A DNA stretch of 44,109 nucleotides from an uncultured Hungatella sp. Lineage in GTDB: Bacteria > Bacillota > Clostridia > Lachnospirales > Lachnospiraceae. The stretch spans positions 1 to 44,109 of the forward strand of contig CAYYHX010000001.1 in the NCBI GenBank assembly GCA_964471835.1, read 5' to 3'. The translations under genes and the position numbers were made by a program. Below are positions 1 to 10,891 of the stretch, piece after piece (positions within the stretch are counted from its first letter, which is position 1; the number at the start of each line of letters is the position of its first letter). The notes under the pieces are model-generated. The model had not been told where the DNA came from and did no database searches. It worked only from the letters and a program-made list of their open reading frames with translations.

Positions 1-440
1 CGCAGACGGCGCCGGTGGCCCGGTACCATTCGCTGGCGGCTGATCCGGCGACGATGCCGGAGTGCCTGAAGGTGACGGCGGTGACGGTGGGAGAGAGACG
101 GACGAACGGCGCCGGAGATGCCGATGGGTCGGCGGTGACGATGGGAGAGCCGTGGGCGGGTGATGCATGGAATGCCAATGGAACGGCAGTGATGATGGGA
201 GAGAGGCGGACGAACGGTGCCGGGGATGCTGATAGAACGGCGGTGATGATGAGAGAGAGGCGGACGAACGGCGCCGGGGATGCCGATGGATCGGCGGGAA
301 TGTCAGTACCGGGAGATGACGGCGGTGAGATTATGGCGGTGCAGCATCGGAAATATCCGATTTTCGGCGTGCAGTTCCATCCGGAATCCATCATGACTCC
401 GGACGGCAGGAAGATGCTTGAGAATTTTATCCGGCTGTAA
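1..440 (+). CDS. trpG: Anthranilate synthase component II (class I glutamine amidotransferase), 5'-truncated by the window edge, with an in-frame repeat insertion
   Basis: ARYHSL and GVQFHPES motifs; directly upstream of trpD; frame is open to the window start. Confidence 0.9.
   Translation, partial: QTAPVARYHSLAADPATMPECLKVTAVTVGERRTNGAGDADGSAVTMGEPWAGDAWNANGTAVMMGERRTNGAGDADRTAVMMRERRTNGAGDADGSAGMSVPGDDGGEIMAVQHRKYPIFGVQFHPESIMTPDGRKMLENFIRL
77..292 (+). repeat. 4 x 54-bp degenerate tandem repeat, in frame in trpG (18-aa units)
   Basis: Units start at 77, 131, 185 and 239 (ggcggtgacg.tgggagagag.cggacgaacggcgccgg.gatgccgat); encode [18 protein letters not shown], unit 2 more diverged. Confidence 0.9.
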
Positions 441-449
441 ATTCATTTC

Positions 450-530
450 TCAATGCGTAAGTTCTTAAGGCTTCCCATATCAATGCGTAAGTTCTTAAGG
501 CTTTCCATATCAATGCGTAAGGTCTTAAGG
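450..530. repeat. About 2.7 x 30-bp tandem repeat in the trpG-trpD spacer
   Basis: tcaatgcgtaagttcttaaggctt(c/t)ccata at 450 and 480, partial copy at 510. Confidence 0.9.
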
Positions 531-635
531 ATTTACATTGGTAAGGGAAAAGAATCATTTTAAGAAAAGAATCATCATAGTAAGAACAAAAAGATGAAAA
601 GAGAATGAAAAAAAGAAAAAAGGAGGCAGAACACC

Positions 636-1661
636 ATGATTAAAGAAGCGATTGTAGAGATTGTAAACAAGCAGGATTTGTCTTATGACGAGGCGTATGC
701 CGTGATGAATGAGATCATGAGCGGCGAGACCACCCCTACTCAGAACGCGGCGTTTCTGGCGGCGTTGTCCACGAAGAGCGCGCGGGCGGAGACGACGGAC
801 GAGATCGCGGGCTGCGCCGCCGCCATGCGCGATCACGCGACGAAGGTGGAGACGGACATGGAGCTGTTTGAGATCGTCGGCACCGGCGGCGACAACGCGC
901 ACAGCTTCAACATTTCCACGACCTCGGCGCTGGTGGCGGCGGCAGGCGGCATGAAGGTGGGTAAGCATGGCAACCGGGCCGCGTCTTCGCAGTGCGGAAC
1001 CGCCGACTGCCTGGAGGCGCTGGGCGTCAACATTCAGCAGAGCCCCGCCCGCTGCGTGGAGCTGTTAAATGAGGTTGGTATCTGCTTTTTCTTCGCCCAG
1101 AAATACCATTCTTCCATGAAATATGTGGGCCCGATCCGCAAAGAACTGGGGTTCCGCACCGTGTTCAATATCCTGGGGCCGCTGACGAACCCGGGCAGCC
1201 CGAAGATCCAGCTGCTGGGCGTCTATGACGAATATCTGGTGGAGCCGCTGGCGCAGGTTCTGATTAACCTGGGCGTAAAGCGCGGCATGGTGGTCTTCGG
1301 CCAGGACAAGCTGGATGAGATTTCGATGAGCTCTCCGACCACGGTCTGTGAGTTTAAGGACGGGTGGTTCAAGTCATATGTGATCAAACCGGAGGATTTC
1401 GGATTTGCGAGGTGCGATAAGGCGGAGCTGGTGGGCGGCACGCCGCAGGAGAATGCGGCCATTACCCGTGCTGTCCTGGGCGGGGAGCCGGGACCGAAGC
1501 GGGACGCGGTTCTGATGAATGCCGGCGCGGCTCTCTATCTGGGCGGCAAGGCGGCGAACATGGCGGACGGCGTGAAGCTGGCGGCGGATCTGATCGATAC
1601 GGGGAAAGCGATGGAGACGCTTGAGAAATTTATCGAGGTCAGCAGCCGGCCGGAGGAATAG
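636..1661 (+). CDS. trpD: Anthranilate phosphoribosyltransferase
   Basis: GTGGD, NISTT, KHGNR motifs; AGGAGG RBS. Confidence 0.97.
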   Translation: MIKEAIVEIVNKQDLSYDEAYAVMNEIMSGETTPTQNAAFLAALSTKSARAETTDEIAGCAAAMRDHATKVETDMELFEIVGTGGDNAHSFNISTTSALVAAAGGMKVGKHGNRAASSQCGTADCLEALGVNIQQSPARCVELLNEVGICFFFAQKYHSSMKYVGPIRKELGFRTVFNILGPLTNPGSPKIQLLGVYDEYLVEPLAQVLINLGVKRGMVVFGQDKLDEISMSSPTTVCEFKDGWFKSYVIKPEDFGFARCDKAELVGGTPQENAAITRAVLGGEPGPKRDAVLMNAGAALYLGGKAANMADGVKLAADLIDTGKAMETLEKFIEVSSRPEE

Positions 1662-1688
1662 CCGGAGAATGGCGGAAGGACGTGCGGG

Positions 1689-2486
1689 ATGACGATTCTG
1701 GATCAGATTGCGGACAATGCCAGAGAGCGGACGGAGCGGGCAAAGCGGAACGTATCGTTCCCGGATATCCGGTGGCAGGCGGAGCAGATGCCGAGGGGAG
1801 ATTTCCTGTTTGAAAAGGCATTGCGGAAGACTGGAGCGGGGGCGGAGCGGGAAATCGCATTTATCTGTGAGTGCAAGAAGGCGTCCCCATCAAAGGGGCT
1901 GATCGCGCCGGATTTCCCATACCTGCGGATCGCGCGCGATTACGAGGCGGCCGGCGCCGACGCCATTTCCGTGCTGACGGAGCCGAAATGGTTCCTCGGC
2001 AGCGACGGGTATCTGCGGGAGATCGCGCCGGCGGTGCGGATTCCCTGTCTGCGGAAGGATTTTACGGTGGATGCCTATATGATCTATGAGGCGAAGCTGC
2101 TGGGCGCGTCGGCGGTGCTTTTGATTGTTTCGATTCTTGCGGAGACGCAGCTGAAGGAATATCTGGCTGTCTGCGATGCGCTGGGGCTGTCGGCGCTGAC
2201 GGAAGTCCATGATGAGGCGGAGGCGGAGACGGCTCTGCGAGCCGGGGCGCGGATCATTGGCGTCAATAACCGGAACCTGAAGGATTTTACCGTGGATACG
2301 GAGAACAGCCGCAGGCTGCGGCGGATGATCCCGCCGGAGGTGATCTTCGTATCCGAGAGCGGCGTCAGCGGTCCGGAGGACGTGCGTCTCCTGCGGGAGA
2401 TCGGCGCGGATGCGGTGCTGGTTGGCGAGACGCTGATGCGCGCGGCGGACAAGCGGGCGCGGCTGGCGGAACTGAGGGGCTGCTGA
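1689..2486 (+). CDS. trpC: Indole-3-glycerol-phosphate synthase
   Basis: ECKKASPSKG, LRKDF, GVNNRNL, VSESG motifs. Confidence 0.97.
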   Translation: MTILDQIADNARERTERAKRNVSFPDIRWQAEQMPRGDFLFEKALRKTGAGAEREIAFICECKKASPSKGLIAPDFPYLRIARDYEAAGADAISVLTEPKWFLGSDGYLREIAPAVRIPCLRKDFTVDAYMIYEAKLLGASAVLLIVSILAETQLKEYLAVCDALGLSALTEVHDEAEAETALRAGARIIGVNNRNLKDFTVDTENSRRLRRMIPPEVIFVSESGVSGPEDVRLLREIGADAVLVGETLMRAADKRARLAELRGC

Positions 2487-2515
2487 CGGCAGGAATGTGT
2501 GAAAGCGAGGCAGAG

Positions 2516-3142
2516 ATGGCGAAGGTGAAACTGTGCGGGATGTCCCGTATGACGGACATTGAGGCGGTCAATGAAATTCTTCCGGATTATATCGGATTCA
2601 TTTTTGTACCGTCCAGGCGCCGGTACATTGCCCCGGAGCGGGCCGCGGAATTGAAACGGCACCTTGACCCGCACGTCACGGCGGTCGGCGTCTTCATCGA
2701 TGAACAACCGGAACGGGTGGCGGAGCTGCTCGCGCAGGGGGTTATCGATATGGCGCAGCTGCACGGGCATGAGGATGAGGCGTATCTGCGGAGACTTAGG
2801 AAAATGACGGACCGGCCTCTGATCAAGGCGTTCCGGATCGATACGGCGGAGGATATGAAGCGTGCCGGTGAAAGCACGGCTGACTATGTGCTGCTGGATT
2901 CGGGAGCCGGAGGCACGGGAACGGTATTTGACTGGGCGCTGGCGGAGTCGTCGGGTTTCCCGTGCCGCGGAGAGGAGCGGCCGTATTTCCTGGCCGGCGG
3001 CCTGACCCCGGAAAATGTTCGCTCGGCGGTGGAACGGTTCCGCCCCTACGCTGTTGACGTCAGCTCAGGAATCGAGACCGGCGGCGTCAAGGACAGGGAG
3101 AAAATGGCGGCATTTGTCCGGCAGGCGCGAAGCGCCGGGTGA
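2516..3142 (+). CDS. trpF: Phosphoribosylanthranilate isomerase
   Basis: KVKLCG, QLHG, LAGGL, DVSSGIE; start moved to ATG 2516 after a GAGG RBS. Confidence 0.95.
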   Translation: MAKVKLCGMSRMTDIEAVNEILPDYIGFIFVPSRRRYIAPERAAELKRHLDPHVTAVGVFIDEQPERVAELLAQGVIDMAQLHGHEDEAYLRRLRKMTDRPLIKAFRIDTAEDMKRAGESTADYVLLDSGAGGTGTVFDWALAESSGFPCRGEERPYFLAGGLTPENVRSAVERFRPYAVDVSSGIETGGVKDREKMAAFVRQARSAG

Positions 3143-3246
3143 GGATTGCCTAAATCTCGGATAAGGATCGCCTAAATCCCGGATGAATGCCGGGAAACGG
3201 TTGGGCAATCGCCGGGTGAAGGCCGCCTAAATCCCGGATGAGGATC
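3133..3246. repeat. Degenerate intergenic direct repeats
   Basis: gcctaaatc(t/c)cggat at 3148, 3170 and 3225; cgccgggtga at 3133 and 3210. Confidence 0.75.
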
Positions 3247-3366
3247 AGGCAGCGGCCGGGCAGGGGCCGGGTATAATTCCCGGCAGGCTCCGGCCCCGGA
3301 GCATATTCTGATAAAAACAGAAAACGGCAGGAAAACAGAAAAATCTGAAAAAGAAGGGAAGCATTT

Positions 3367-4557
3367 ATGACAAATCCAAACGGACGCTTCGGCATCCACG
3401 GCGGCCAGTACATCCCCGAAACGCTGATGAACGCGGTGATCGAGCTGGAGGCGGCCTACAACCACTATAAGGATGATCCGGAGTTTAACGCGGAACTTGC
3501 GGAGCTGTTCAATGAGTATGCCGGCCGCCCGTCCCGCCTGTACTATGCGGCGAAGATGACGAAGGATCTGGGCGGCGCGAAGATCTACCTGAAGCGCGAG
3601 GACTTGAATCACACCGGCGCACACAAGATCAACAATGTGCTGGGACAGGCGCTGCTGGCGAAGAAGATGGGCAAGACCCGCCTGATCGCCGAGACCGGAG
3701 CGGGGCAGCACGGGGTCGCCACGGCGACGGCCGCGGCCTTGATGGGTATGGAGTGTGTGGTTTTTATGGGTGAGGAGGACACGATCCGCCAGGCGCTGAA
3801 TGTCTACCGTATGCGGCTTCTCGGCGCGGAGGTGGTGCCGGTGAAAACCGGTACGGCGACGCTGAAGGACGCGGTTTCCGAGGCCATGCGCGAGTGGACC
3901 AGACGCATCGACGATACCCATTACTGTCTGGGGTCCGTCATGGGGCCGCACCCGTTTCCGACGATTGTCCGTGATTTCCAGTCGGTGATCTCCCGGGAGA
4001 TCAAAGAGCAGCTTCAGCAGAAGGAGGGGAGGCTCCCGGACGCGGTGATTGCCTGCGTCGGCGGAGGTTCGAACGCGATTGGCAGTTTCTATCATTTCAT
4101 CGAAGATGAGAACGTGCGGCTGATCGGCTGTGAGGCGGCCGGGCGGGGTATCGACACGTTTGAGACGGCGGCGACCATTAACACCGGGCGGCTGGGTATA
4201 TTCCACGGCATGAAATCGTATTTCTGCCAGGACGAGTACGGCCAGATCGCGCCGGTCTACTCCATCTCTGCCGGTCTGGATTATCCGGGCATCGGGCCGG
4301 AACACGCGTATCTGCACGATACCGGCCGTGCCGAGTATGTGGCTATCACCGACGAGGAGGCGGTCTGCGCGTTCGAGTATCTGGCGAGGACCGAAGGGAT
4401 CATCCCGGCCATCGAGTCGGCTCATGCCGTGGCTTACGCGATGAAGATCGCGCCGGAGATGGGGCGGGATCAGATCATCGTCATCACGATTTCCGGGCGG
4501 GGCGACAAGGACTGCGCGGCCATCGCCCGTTACAGAGGGGAGGATATCCATGAGTAG
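3367..4557 (+). CDS. trpB: Tryptophan synthase beta chain
   Basis: HTGAHKINN (PLP lysine), [21 protein letters not shown]. Confidence 0.98.
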   Translation: MTNPNGRFGIHGGQYIPETLMNAVIELEAAYNHYKDDPEFNAELAELFNEYAGRPSRLYYAAKMTKDLGGAKIYLKREDLNHTGAHKINNVLGQALLAKKMGKTRLIAETGAGQHGVATATAAALMGMECVVFMGEEDTIRQALNVYRMRLLGAEVVPVKTGTATLKDAVSEAMREWTRRIDDTHYCLGSVMGPHPFPTIVRDFQSVISREIKEQLQQKEGRLPDAVIACVGGGSNAIGSFYHFIEDENVRLIGCEAAGRGIDTFETAATINTGRLGIFHGMKSYFCQDEYGQIAPVYSISAGLDYPGIGPEHAYLHDTGRAEYVAITDEEAVCAFEYLARTEGIIPAIESAHAVAYAMKIAPEMGRDQIIVITISGRGDKDCAAIARYRGEDIHE

Positions 4558-5338
4558 GATCCGAGAGGCATTTGCAAATGGAAAAGCATTTATCCCGTTT
4601 ATCACCTGCGGCGACCCGGATCTCGAAACGACCGCCGCCGTGGTGCGGGCCTGTGTGGAAAACGGGGCCGGCCTCATCGAGCTGGGGATTCCGTTTTCCG
4701 ACCCGACGGCGGAGGGGCCGGTGATCCAGGGGGCTAACCTGCGGGCGCTGCGGGGCGGTGTCACCACCGATAAAATCTTTGACCTCGTGCGCGGGCTGCG
4801 CCGGGATGTGACGGTTCCGATGGTATTCATGACTTACGCAAATGTGGTCTTTTCCTATAGAGCGGAGCGCTTTATCCGCACCTGCCGCGAGATCGGCATC
4901 GACGGGCTGATCCTGCCGGACCTGCCGTATGAGGAAAAGGATGAATTCCTGCCCGTGTGCCGCCAGTACGGCGTGGATCTGATCTCCCTGATCGCGCCTA
5001 CCTCCCGGAACCGGATCGCGGCGATCGCGCGGGAGGCGGAGGGATTTATCTATGTGGTGTCCAGCCTCGGAGTCACCGGCACCCGCAGCGAGATCAAGAC
5101 GGATCTGGCTTCCATCGTGGAGGTGATCCGCGCCAATACCGATGTGCCTTGTGCGATCGGTTTCGGCATCTCTACGCCGGAACAGGCCGCGAAGATGGGA
5201 GGGATCGCCGACGGAGTTATCGTCGGGTCGGCGATCATCAAGATTCTGGAAAAGTACGGCACGGAGGCGGCACCCTATGTGGGAGAGTATGTGAAGAGCA
5301 TGAAGGACGCGCTGCCGCGGGGTGATGGCAATACTTGA
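4550..5338 (+). CDS. trpA: Tryptophan synthase alpha chain
   Basis: [23 protein letters not shown]; overlaps the end of trpB. Confidence 0.97.
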   Translation: MSRIREAFANGKAFIPFITCGDPDLETTAAVVRACVENGAGLIELGIPFSDPTAEGPVIQGANLRALRGGVTTDKIFDLVRGLRRDVTVPMVFMTYANVVFSYRAERFIRTCREIGIDGLILPDLPYEEKDEFLPVCRQYGVDLISLIAPTSRNRIAAIAREAEGFIYVVSSLGVTGTRSEIKTDLASIVEVIRANTDVPCAIGFGISTPEQAAKMGGIADGVIVGSAIIKILEKYGTEAAPYVGEYVKSMKDALPRGDGNT

Positions 5339-5723
5339 GCAATACTTGTGTACGGTAAAGGATGTTCGAACAATCCGTGACGAGCGGCGAAAGGAGCAAG
5401 GGATACAAACCAGAAGATACGATGGGACTGCACCCCGGGATTTGGCGCGGCACTAAAAAATGAGACGAAAATTCGGATAGATCACGATAGTGAGTTCAAT
5501 AATCTTTGCATGGAATAAAATCTTATGAGTGAATATTTTGATTATGGGAGCAAGTTTACGGAGTCGATGCACAAAGACAGCAAACCGCTTCATGCCTTGC
5601 ATAAAGAGAATATATTATTCTCTCGACAAGACAGATATCGTCTATCAGGACGGCAACGATCCTCTTATGGGATACGGTGAAACCGTTGAAACATGCGGGC
5701 GGGTTGGCGATAGAACAGAGCCG

Positions 5724-6155
5724 TTATATGACATAATCGAAGCTGTCCGTGTCCCTGCGCATCAGGTCGGCGATGGTGATCCCGTCCAGATACTGCTCGA
5801 TCAGCCGGTTCAGCCCTTCCCACATCCCAAGGGTGCGGCACTGTGACATCCTCGGACAGCTTTTCGCCTGCGGCCCCAGACAGGCGACCGGAGCCAGGGA
5901 ACCTTCCGTGAGCCGCAGAACCTCCCCTGCCGTATAGCTTTCCGGCGATCTTGTCAGTCGGTATCCGCCGCCTTTGCCGCGGAGCCCGGTCAGCAGGCCC
6001 TCCTGAACCAGCGTCTTTAAGATCCCTTCCAGATATTTCTCCGATATCTCCTGCCGCTCGGCCGTTTCTTTCAGCGGCACATAGCCGTCTCCCTGATTCT
6101 CCGCCAGATCGATCATGACGCGCAGCGCGTAACGTCCTTTTGTTGATATCAGCAT
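5724..6155 (-). CDS. Rrf2-family transcriptional regulator (CymR/IscR-like, three C-terminal Cys)
   Basis: MLISTKGRYALR...RGKGGGYRL; C-x7-C-x5-C; divergent from cysK; start placed at ATG 6155. Confidence 0.9.
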   Translation of the reverse strand: MLISTKGRYALRVMIDLAENQGDGYVPLKETAERQEISEKYLEGILKTLVQEGLLTGLRGKGGGYRLTRSPESYTAGEVLRLTEGSLAPVACLGPQAKSCPRMSQCRTLGMWEGLNRLIEQYLDGITIADLMRRDTDSFDYVI

Positions 6156-6321
6156 CGGTTTCTTCCCCTGTTTTCTATAATTATTGTGTTTGTAAGGCAC
6201 GGCCGCTATGCGCCTATACACTGGCGTTCAAGGCATTTATTGTAACCCTATATCTGCCTGTGTATCTAAATGCAAATGCGGTTCGCGCGTCTGGCGGTTT
6301 CTCCGCCCTCTTCGTACACAT

Positions 6322-6360
6322 TTACCCATAAACCTATTATAGTATATGGTAAATGGGTAA
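6322..6360. promoter_or_regulatory. Imperfect inverted repeat, candidate Rrf2 operator between rrf2 and cysK
   Basis: ttacccataaacc-N13-ggtaaatgggtaa. Confidence 0.45.
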
Positions 6361-6395
6361 TCAATAACAAATCGTTGATTTCTTTCGAAATTCCC

Positions 6396-6424
6396 TTGAC
6401 AAAAAGGGAGTACGGTCGTATAAT
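6396..6424 (+). promoter_or_regulatory. Sigma-A promoter of cysK-metY
   Basis: Perfect TTGACA-N17-TATAAT. Confidence 0.85.
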
Positions 6425-6472
6425 CCCCATTAACATATCAGTTAAGTAGGTAATAAAACAGGAGGTTGTCAA

Positions 6473-7402
6473 ATGAGTCGTATTTACACATCGGCAGATC
6501 AGCTGATCGGCGGCACGCCGCTTCTGGAGCTGACCCACATCGAGAAGGAGGACGGGCTGAAGGCCCGCCTGCTGACCAAGCTGGAGTATCTGAATCCGGC
6601 CGGATCGGTCAAGGACCGGATTGCCCTGGCCATGATCGACGATGCGGAGGCAAGGGGCGTCCTGAAACCGGGTTCCGTCATCATCGAACCCACATCCGGC
6701 AATACCGGAATCGGGCTGGCAGCAGTGGCGGCTGCCAGGGGCTACCGGCTGATTATCGTCATGCCGGAGACCATGAGCGTGGAGCGCAGGCAGCTGATGA
6801 AGGCGTACGGCGCGGAGCTGGTCCTGAGCGAAGGCGCCAAGGGAATGCCGGGGGCCATCGCGAAGGCGGATGAGCTGGCGGCGGAGATTCCGGACAGCTT
6901 CATCGCCGGGCAGTTCGTGAACCCGGCCAATCCGCGGATCCACCGAGAGACTACGGGCCCCGAGATCTGGAAGGACACAGACGGACAGGTAGATCTTTTC
7001 GTGGCGGGCGTCGGAACCGGCGGTACGATTACCGGCGTGGGCGAGTATCTGAAAGCGCAGAAGCCGGATGTGAAGGTTGTGGCCGTGGAACCGGCTGCTT
7101 CTCCGGTTCTCTCAAAAGGCGTCAGCGGCCCGCATAAGATTCAGGGCATCGGCGCCGGTTTCGTGCCGCAGGTGCTGAATACCGGCATTTACGATGAGAT
7201 CATCCCGGTGACGAACGAGGACGCGTTTGAGGTGGGACGACGGATCGGGCGGAAAGAAGGCGTGCTGGTGGGCATTTCTTCCGGCGCGGCGGCCTGGGCG
7301 GCGATCGAGCTGGCGAAGCGGCCGGAGAATGAGGGCAAGACCATCGTGGTGCTGCTGCCGGATACGGGCGACCGGTATCTTTCGACACCGCTGTTCGCGT
7401 AA
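6473..7402 (+). CDS. cysK: Cysteine synthase A
   Basis: [30 protein letters not shown]. Confidence 0.97.
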   Translation: MSRIYTSADQLIGGTPLLELTHIEKEDGLKARLLTKLEYLNPAGSVKDRIALAMIDDAEARGVLKPGSVIIEPTSGNTGIGLAAVAAARGYRLIIVMPETMSVERRQLMKAYGAELVLSEGAKGMPGAIAKADELAAEIPDSFIAGQFVNPANPRIHRETTGPEIWKDTDGQVDLFVAGVGTGGTITGVGEYLKAQKPDVKVVAVEPAASPVLSKGVSGPHKIQGIGAGFVPQVLNTGIYDEIIPVTNEDAFEVGRRIGRKEGVLVGISSGAAAWAAIELAKRPENEGKTIVVLLPDTGDRYLSTPLFA

Positions 7403-7459
7403 CCGGATGAGGATTTAAGGAAAAGAAAACAAATAATCAAAGAAAAGAGGATACCGGAT

Positions 7460-8746
7460 ATGAGTGATTATCGTTTTGAGACGCTTCAGCTTCATGTAGG
7501 GCAGGAACAGGCCGACCCGGTGACGGATTCCCGCGCCGTGCCGATCTATCAGACGACTTCCTATGTGTTCCATAATTCCGCCCATGCGGCAGCCCGTTTC
7601 GGACTGGCCGACCCCGGCAATATCTATGGGCGGCTGACCAATTCGACCCAGGATGTGCTGGAGAAGCGCATGGCGGCTCTGGAAGGCGGCGTGGGGGCGC
7701 TTGCGCTGGCTTCCGGCGCGGCGGCCGTTACCTATACGATTATGGCGCTGGCACAGCAGGGGGATCATATCGTGTCCCAGAAGACCATTTACGGGGGCAG
7801 CTATAACCTGCTTGAGCATACGTTAAGCCAGTTCGGGGTCACGACCACATTTGTGGACGCGCATAATCTGGACGAGGTCGAGGGTGCGATCCAAGAGAAT
7901 ACCAAGGCCGTCTATCTGGAAACGCTGGGCAATCCCAACAGCGATATTCCGGATATTGACGCCATCGCGGCGATTGCCCATAAGCATGGCCTGCCGCTGG
8001 TGATCGACAATACCTTCGGCACGCCGTACCTGATCCGCCCGATCGAACACGGCGCGGACATCGTGGTTCATTCTGCCACCAAGTTTATCGGCGGACACGG
8101 CACGACGCTGGGCGGCATCATCGTGGATTCCGGCAAATTCGACTGGAAGGCCAGCGGGAAATACGCCCCCATCGCGGAACCGAATCCCAGTTATCACGGC
8201 GTATCTTTCGTGGACGCGGCGGGTCCGGCGGCATTTGTGACGTATATCCGCGCGATCCTTCTGCGGGACACCGGCGCGACCATTTCCCCGTTCAACGCGT
8301 TCCTGCTGCTGCAGGGTGTGGAGACGCTGTCCCTGCGCCTGGAGCGCCACGCCGAGAATACGAAGAAGGTGGTCGAGTACCTGGCGAAGCATCCGCAGGT
8401 GGAGAAGGTGAACCATCCGTCCCTGCCGGATCATCCGGATCATGCGCTTTATGAGAAATATTTCCCCAACGGCGGCGCCAGTATCTTCACGTTTGAGATC
8501 AAAGGCGGCCAGGAGGAGGCGTACCGCTTCATCGACAGCCTGGAGATTTTCTCGCTTCTGGCCAATGTCGCCGACGTGAAGAGCCTGGTGATCCATCCGG
8601 CCACCACGACGCATTCCCAGCTTTCTGCAGAGGAACTTGCCGATCAGGGAATCAAACCCAATACGATCCGCCTCTCCATCGGGACCGAGCACGTCGATGA
8701 CCTCATCGCCGATCTGGAGAAAGGGTTCGCGGCCGCGGCGCGGTGA
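7460..8746 (+). CDS. metY: O-acetylhomoserine/O-acetylserine sulfhydrylase
   Basis: PIYQTTSY, HSATKFIGGHG, HPATTTHSQL, IRLSIG. Confidence 0.9.
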   Translation: MSDYRFETLQLHVGQEQADPVTDSRAVPIYQTTSYVFHNSAHAAARFGLADPGNIYGRLTNSTQDVLEKRMAALEGGVGALALASGAAAVTYTIMALAQQGDHIVSQKTIYGGSYNLLEHTLSQFGVTTTFVDAHNLDEVEGAIQENTKAVYLETLGNPNSDIPDIDAIAAIAHKHGLPLVIDNTFGTPYLIRPIEHGADIVVHSATKFIGGHGTTLGGIIVDSGKFDWKASGKYAPIAEPNPSYHGVSFVDAAGPAAFVTYIRAILLRDTGATISPFNAFLLLQGVETLSLRLERHAENTKKVVEYLAKHPQVEKVNHPSLPDHPDHALYEKYFPNGGASIFTFEIKGGQEEAYRFIDSLEIFSLLANVADVKSLVIHPATTTHSQLSAEELADQGIKPNTIRLSIGTEHVDDLIADLEKGFAAAAR

Positions 8747-8800
8747 CGGGGACATTTATCAGGAAACCTTAAAATATTTGATATAAATGTAAAAAACAAC

Positions 8801-8829
8801 TGGAAAAATGGTTCCGCATGATGTATGAT
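8801..8829 (+). promoter_or_regulatory. Probable promoter of the GH51 gene
   Basis: TGGAAA-N17-TATGAT; a strong GC hairpin follows at 8839-8871. Confidence 0.45.
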
Positions 8830-8901
8830 AGGTGTGCATTGCGGGCGGAATGGTTCCGGTTCCGCCCGCAAACCGGAGTATCGGCAAGGAGGACAACGAT
8901 C

Positions 8902-10386
8902 ATGCATATCATTATCAACGGAAACCGTTCCAAAGGGACAATCAACAGGAACATTTACGGACACTTTTCTGAACATCTGGGACGCTGCATCTACGGAGGC
9001 CTGTATGTAGGCGAAGATTCCGATATCCCCAATGTAAACGGCATGCGCACCGATGTGGTGAATGCGCTTAAGGAACTGAATATCCCGGTGCTTCGCTGGC
9101 CGGGGGGCTGCTTTGCCGATACCTACCACTGGCGGGACGGAATCGGACCGAAGGCAGGACGCAAGACGATCGTCAACACCAACTGGGGCGGCGTCACCGA
9201 GGATAATTCGTTCGGCACCCATGAGTTTATGGAATTGTGCCGCCAGCTTGGCTGCGAGGCATATATTTCCGGCAATGTCGGCTCCGGCACGGTGCAGGAG
9301 TTTTCCGACTGGGTCGAGTACTGCAATATGGGCGGCGTCTCTCCCATGGCGGATCTGCGCCGCGAAAACGGCAGGGAAGAGCCCTGGCATGTGAAATACT
9401 GGGGCATCGGCAACGAAGCATGGGGCTGCGGCGGCAATATGCGTCCGGAATTCTACGGCGATCTGTGCCGTCAGTATTCTACCTATCTTCGCGATTATGA
9501 TAAAAGACATAAAATCTATAAGATTGCTTCCGGTGCCAACGTCGATGATTACGCCTGGACGAAGAAGGTTGCGAAGATCGCGGGAGACGTGATCAACGCT
9601 CTTTCGCTGCATTATTATACGGTTCCTGGCAGCAGCTGGAGGCATAAGGGCGCCGCGTGCGATTTCACGGAGAAGGAGTATTACAATACGCTCAAGAAAG
9701 CCCTCCGGATGGAGGAACTGGTGGAGAACCACTCGAATATCCTGCGCATGGGCGACCACAAGAACCGTCTGGGTCTGGTGGTGGACGAGTGGGGTACATG
9801 GTACGATGTAGAGCCGGGTACGAATCCGGGTTTCCTCTATCAGCAGAATACCATGCGGGACGCTCTGGTAGCGGCTGTCAGTCTGAATATTTTCAACGAT
9901 CACTGCGATACCGTGGTGATGGCCAATATTGCCCAGACGGTCAATGTGCTGCAGGCCATGGTGCTGACCGAGGGGGATCAGATGGTTCTGACGCCCAGCT
10001 ACCATGTGTTCCGTCTGTACAAGGGGCATCAGGGCGCGAGGCAGCTGGAAACCTACGCGGAGAGCGGACTCGTGGGTATCGGAGAGGATGAAGTGCCGAA
10101 CCTGCATGTTTCGGCCAGTGAGGCGGCGGACGGAAGCGTGCTTCTTACGGCGGCGAATCTGAGCGGGCAGGAGGACGCGCCGGTGGAGGTTCTGTGGTCC
10201 GGGATCGGACGGCGCGGGCATGTGGACGGAATGGTGCTGGCCGGAGATATGGACGCACACAATACGTTTGAGGCCCCGCGGCAGGTGCAGCCGCAGGCGA
10301 TGGATGCCGCCGTCCGGACAGAGCGTGACGGGTTCTCGGCGGTGCTGCCGGCCTGCAGCGTGGCGGCATTTACGATTAAGGAATAA
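8902..10386 (+). CDS. abfA: Alpha-L-arabinofuranosidase, GH51 (no signal peptide)
   Basis: [22 protein letters not shown] (acid/base), VDEWG (nucleophile); AAGGAGG RBS before ATG 8902. Confidence 0.93.
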   Translation: MHIIINGNRSKGTINRNIYGHFSEHLGRCIYGGLYVGEDSDIPNVNGMRTDVVNALKELNIPVLRWPGGCFADTYHWRDGIGPKAGRKTIVNTNWGGVTEDNSFGTHEFMELCRQLGCEAYISGNVGSGTVQEFSDWVEYCNMGGVSPMADLRRENGREEPWHVKYWGIGNEAWGCGGNMRPEFYGDLCRQYSTYLRDYDKRHKIYKIASGANVDDYAWTKKVAKIAGDVINALSLHYYTVPGSSWRHKGAACDFTEKEYYNTLKKALRMEELVENHSNILRMGDHKNRLGLVVDEWGTWYDVEPGTNPGFLYQQNTMRDALVAAVSLNIFNDHCDTVVMANIAQTVNVLQAMVLTEGDQMVLTPSYHVFRLYKGHQGARQLETYAESGLVGIGEDEVPNLHVSASEAADGSVLLTAANLSGQEDAPVEVLWSGIGRRGHVDGMVLAGDMDAHNTFEAPRQVQPQAMDAAVRTERDGFSAVLPACSVAAFTIKE

Positions 10387-10412
10387 AGTCGTGGCAGAAA
10401 AGAAGGAGTTTT

Positions 10413-10721
10413 ATGGAGAAGCGCGACGGAGGCGGCGTGCGGGCCGGCGCCGCGGGGGATGAACCGTATCCGGCCGGCCGCCGCTGCCGCCGCTGTTTCC
10501 TCTATGAGATGGACGGACAGGAAACCGCTTACCGGAGCGTAACGCGTCTGCGGCGGGCCATGCCTGAGAAGGAGAAGGCGGACGACGCGGAGTATGCCAG
10601 GCGGCTGGCGGTCTGCCGTGACTGCGGTGATCTGGATCATGCCACCTGTATGCAGTGCGGCTGCTATGCCGAGGTGCGGGCTTTGAAGAGAACGGCCCGC
10701 TGCCCGGTCCGGCGGTGGTGA
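10413..10721 (+). CDS. Small Cys-rich putative metal-binding protein (DUF6171-like)
   Basis: CRRC, CRDC, CMQCGC, CP..W; AAGGAG RBS; follows GH51. Confidence 0.7.
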   Translation: MEKRDGGGVRAGAAGDEPYPAGRRCRRCFLYEMDGQETAYRSVTRLRRAMPEKEKADDAEYARRLAVCRDCGDLDHATCMQCGCYAEVRALKRTARCPVRRW

Positions 10722-10768
10722 GCGGGAAAGCGGGATGCGCGGAAACGTGTTTTTGCCCATGAAAACCG

Positions 10769-10796
10769 TTGACTTTCCCTGTGTGGGGGATATAAT
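10769..10796 (+). promoter_or_regulatory. Sigma-A promoter
   Basis: TTGACT-N16-TATAAT. Confidence 0.6.
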
Positions 10797-10891
10797 AAAT
10801 GTGTATTTATCCGGAAGCCCGGGAGGGAACCGGATCGGGTGCGTGATGTTCAAGAGAGAAAAATTCTGCAGAAAGAAGGAGGCAGCAACCT

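Noticed and set aside
5339-5720. Possible riboswitch or ncRNA after trpA
   Set aside because: No T-box, SAM or other recognisable motif by eye; would need an Rfam/Infernal search
5529-5846. 105-aa ORF or possible pseudogene between trpA and rrf2
   Set aside because: GTG start with no RBS, overlaps rrf2 antisense, no recognisable family; a gene relic cannot be excluded
8818-8901. Upstream starts given by the ORF track for abfA (also trpF 2495, regulator 11891, araD 14486, rrf2 6221)
   Set aside because: Downstream ATGs coincide with the start of family similarity and mostly have clear RBSs
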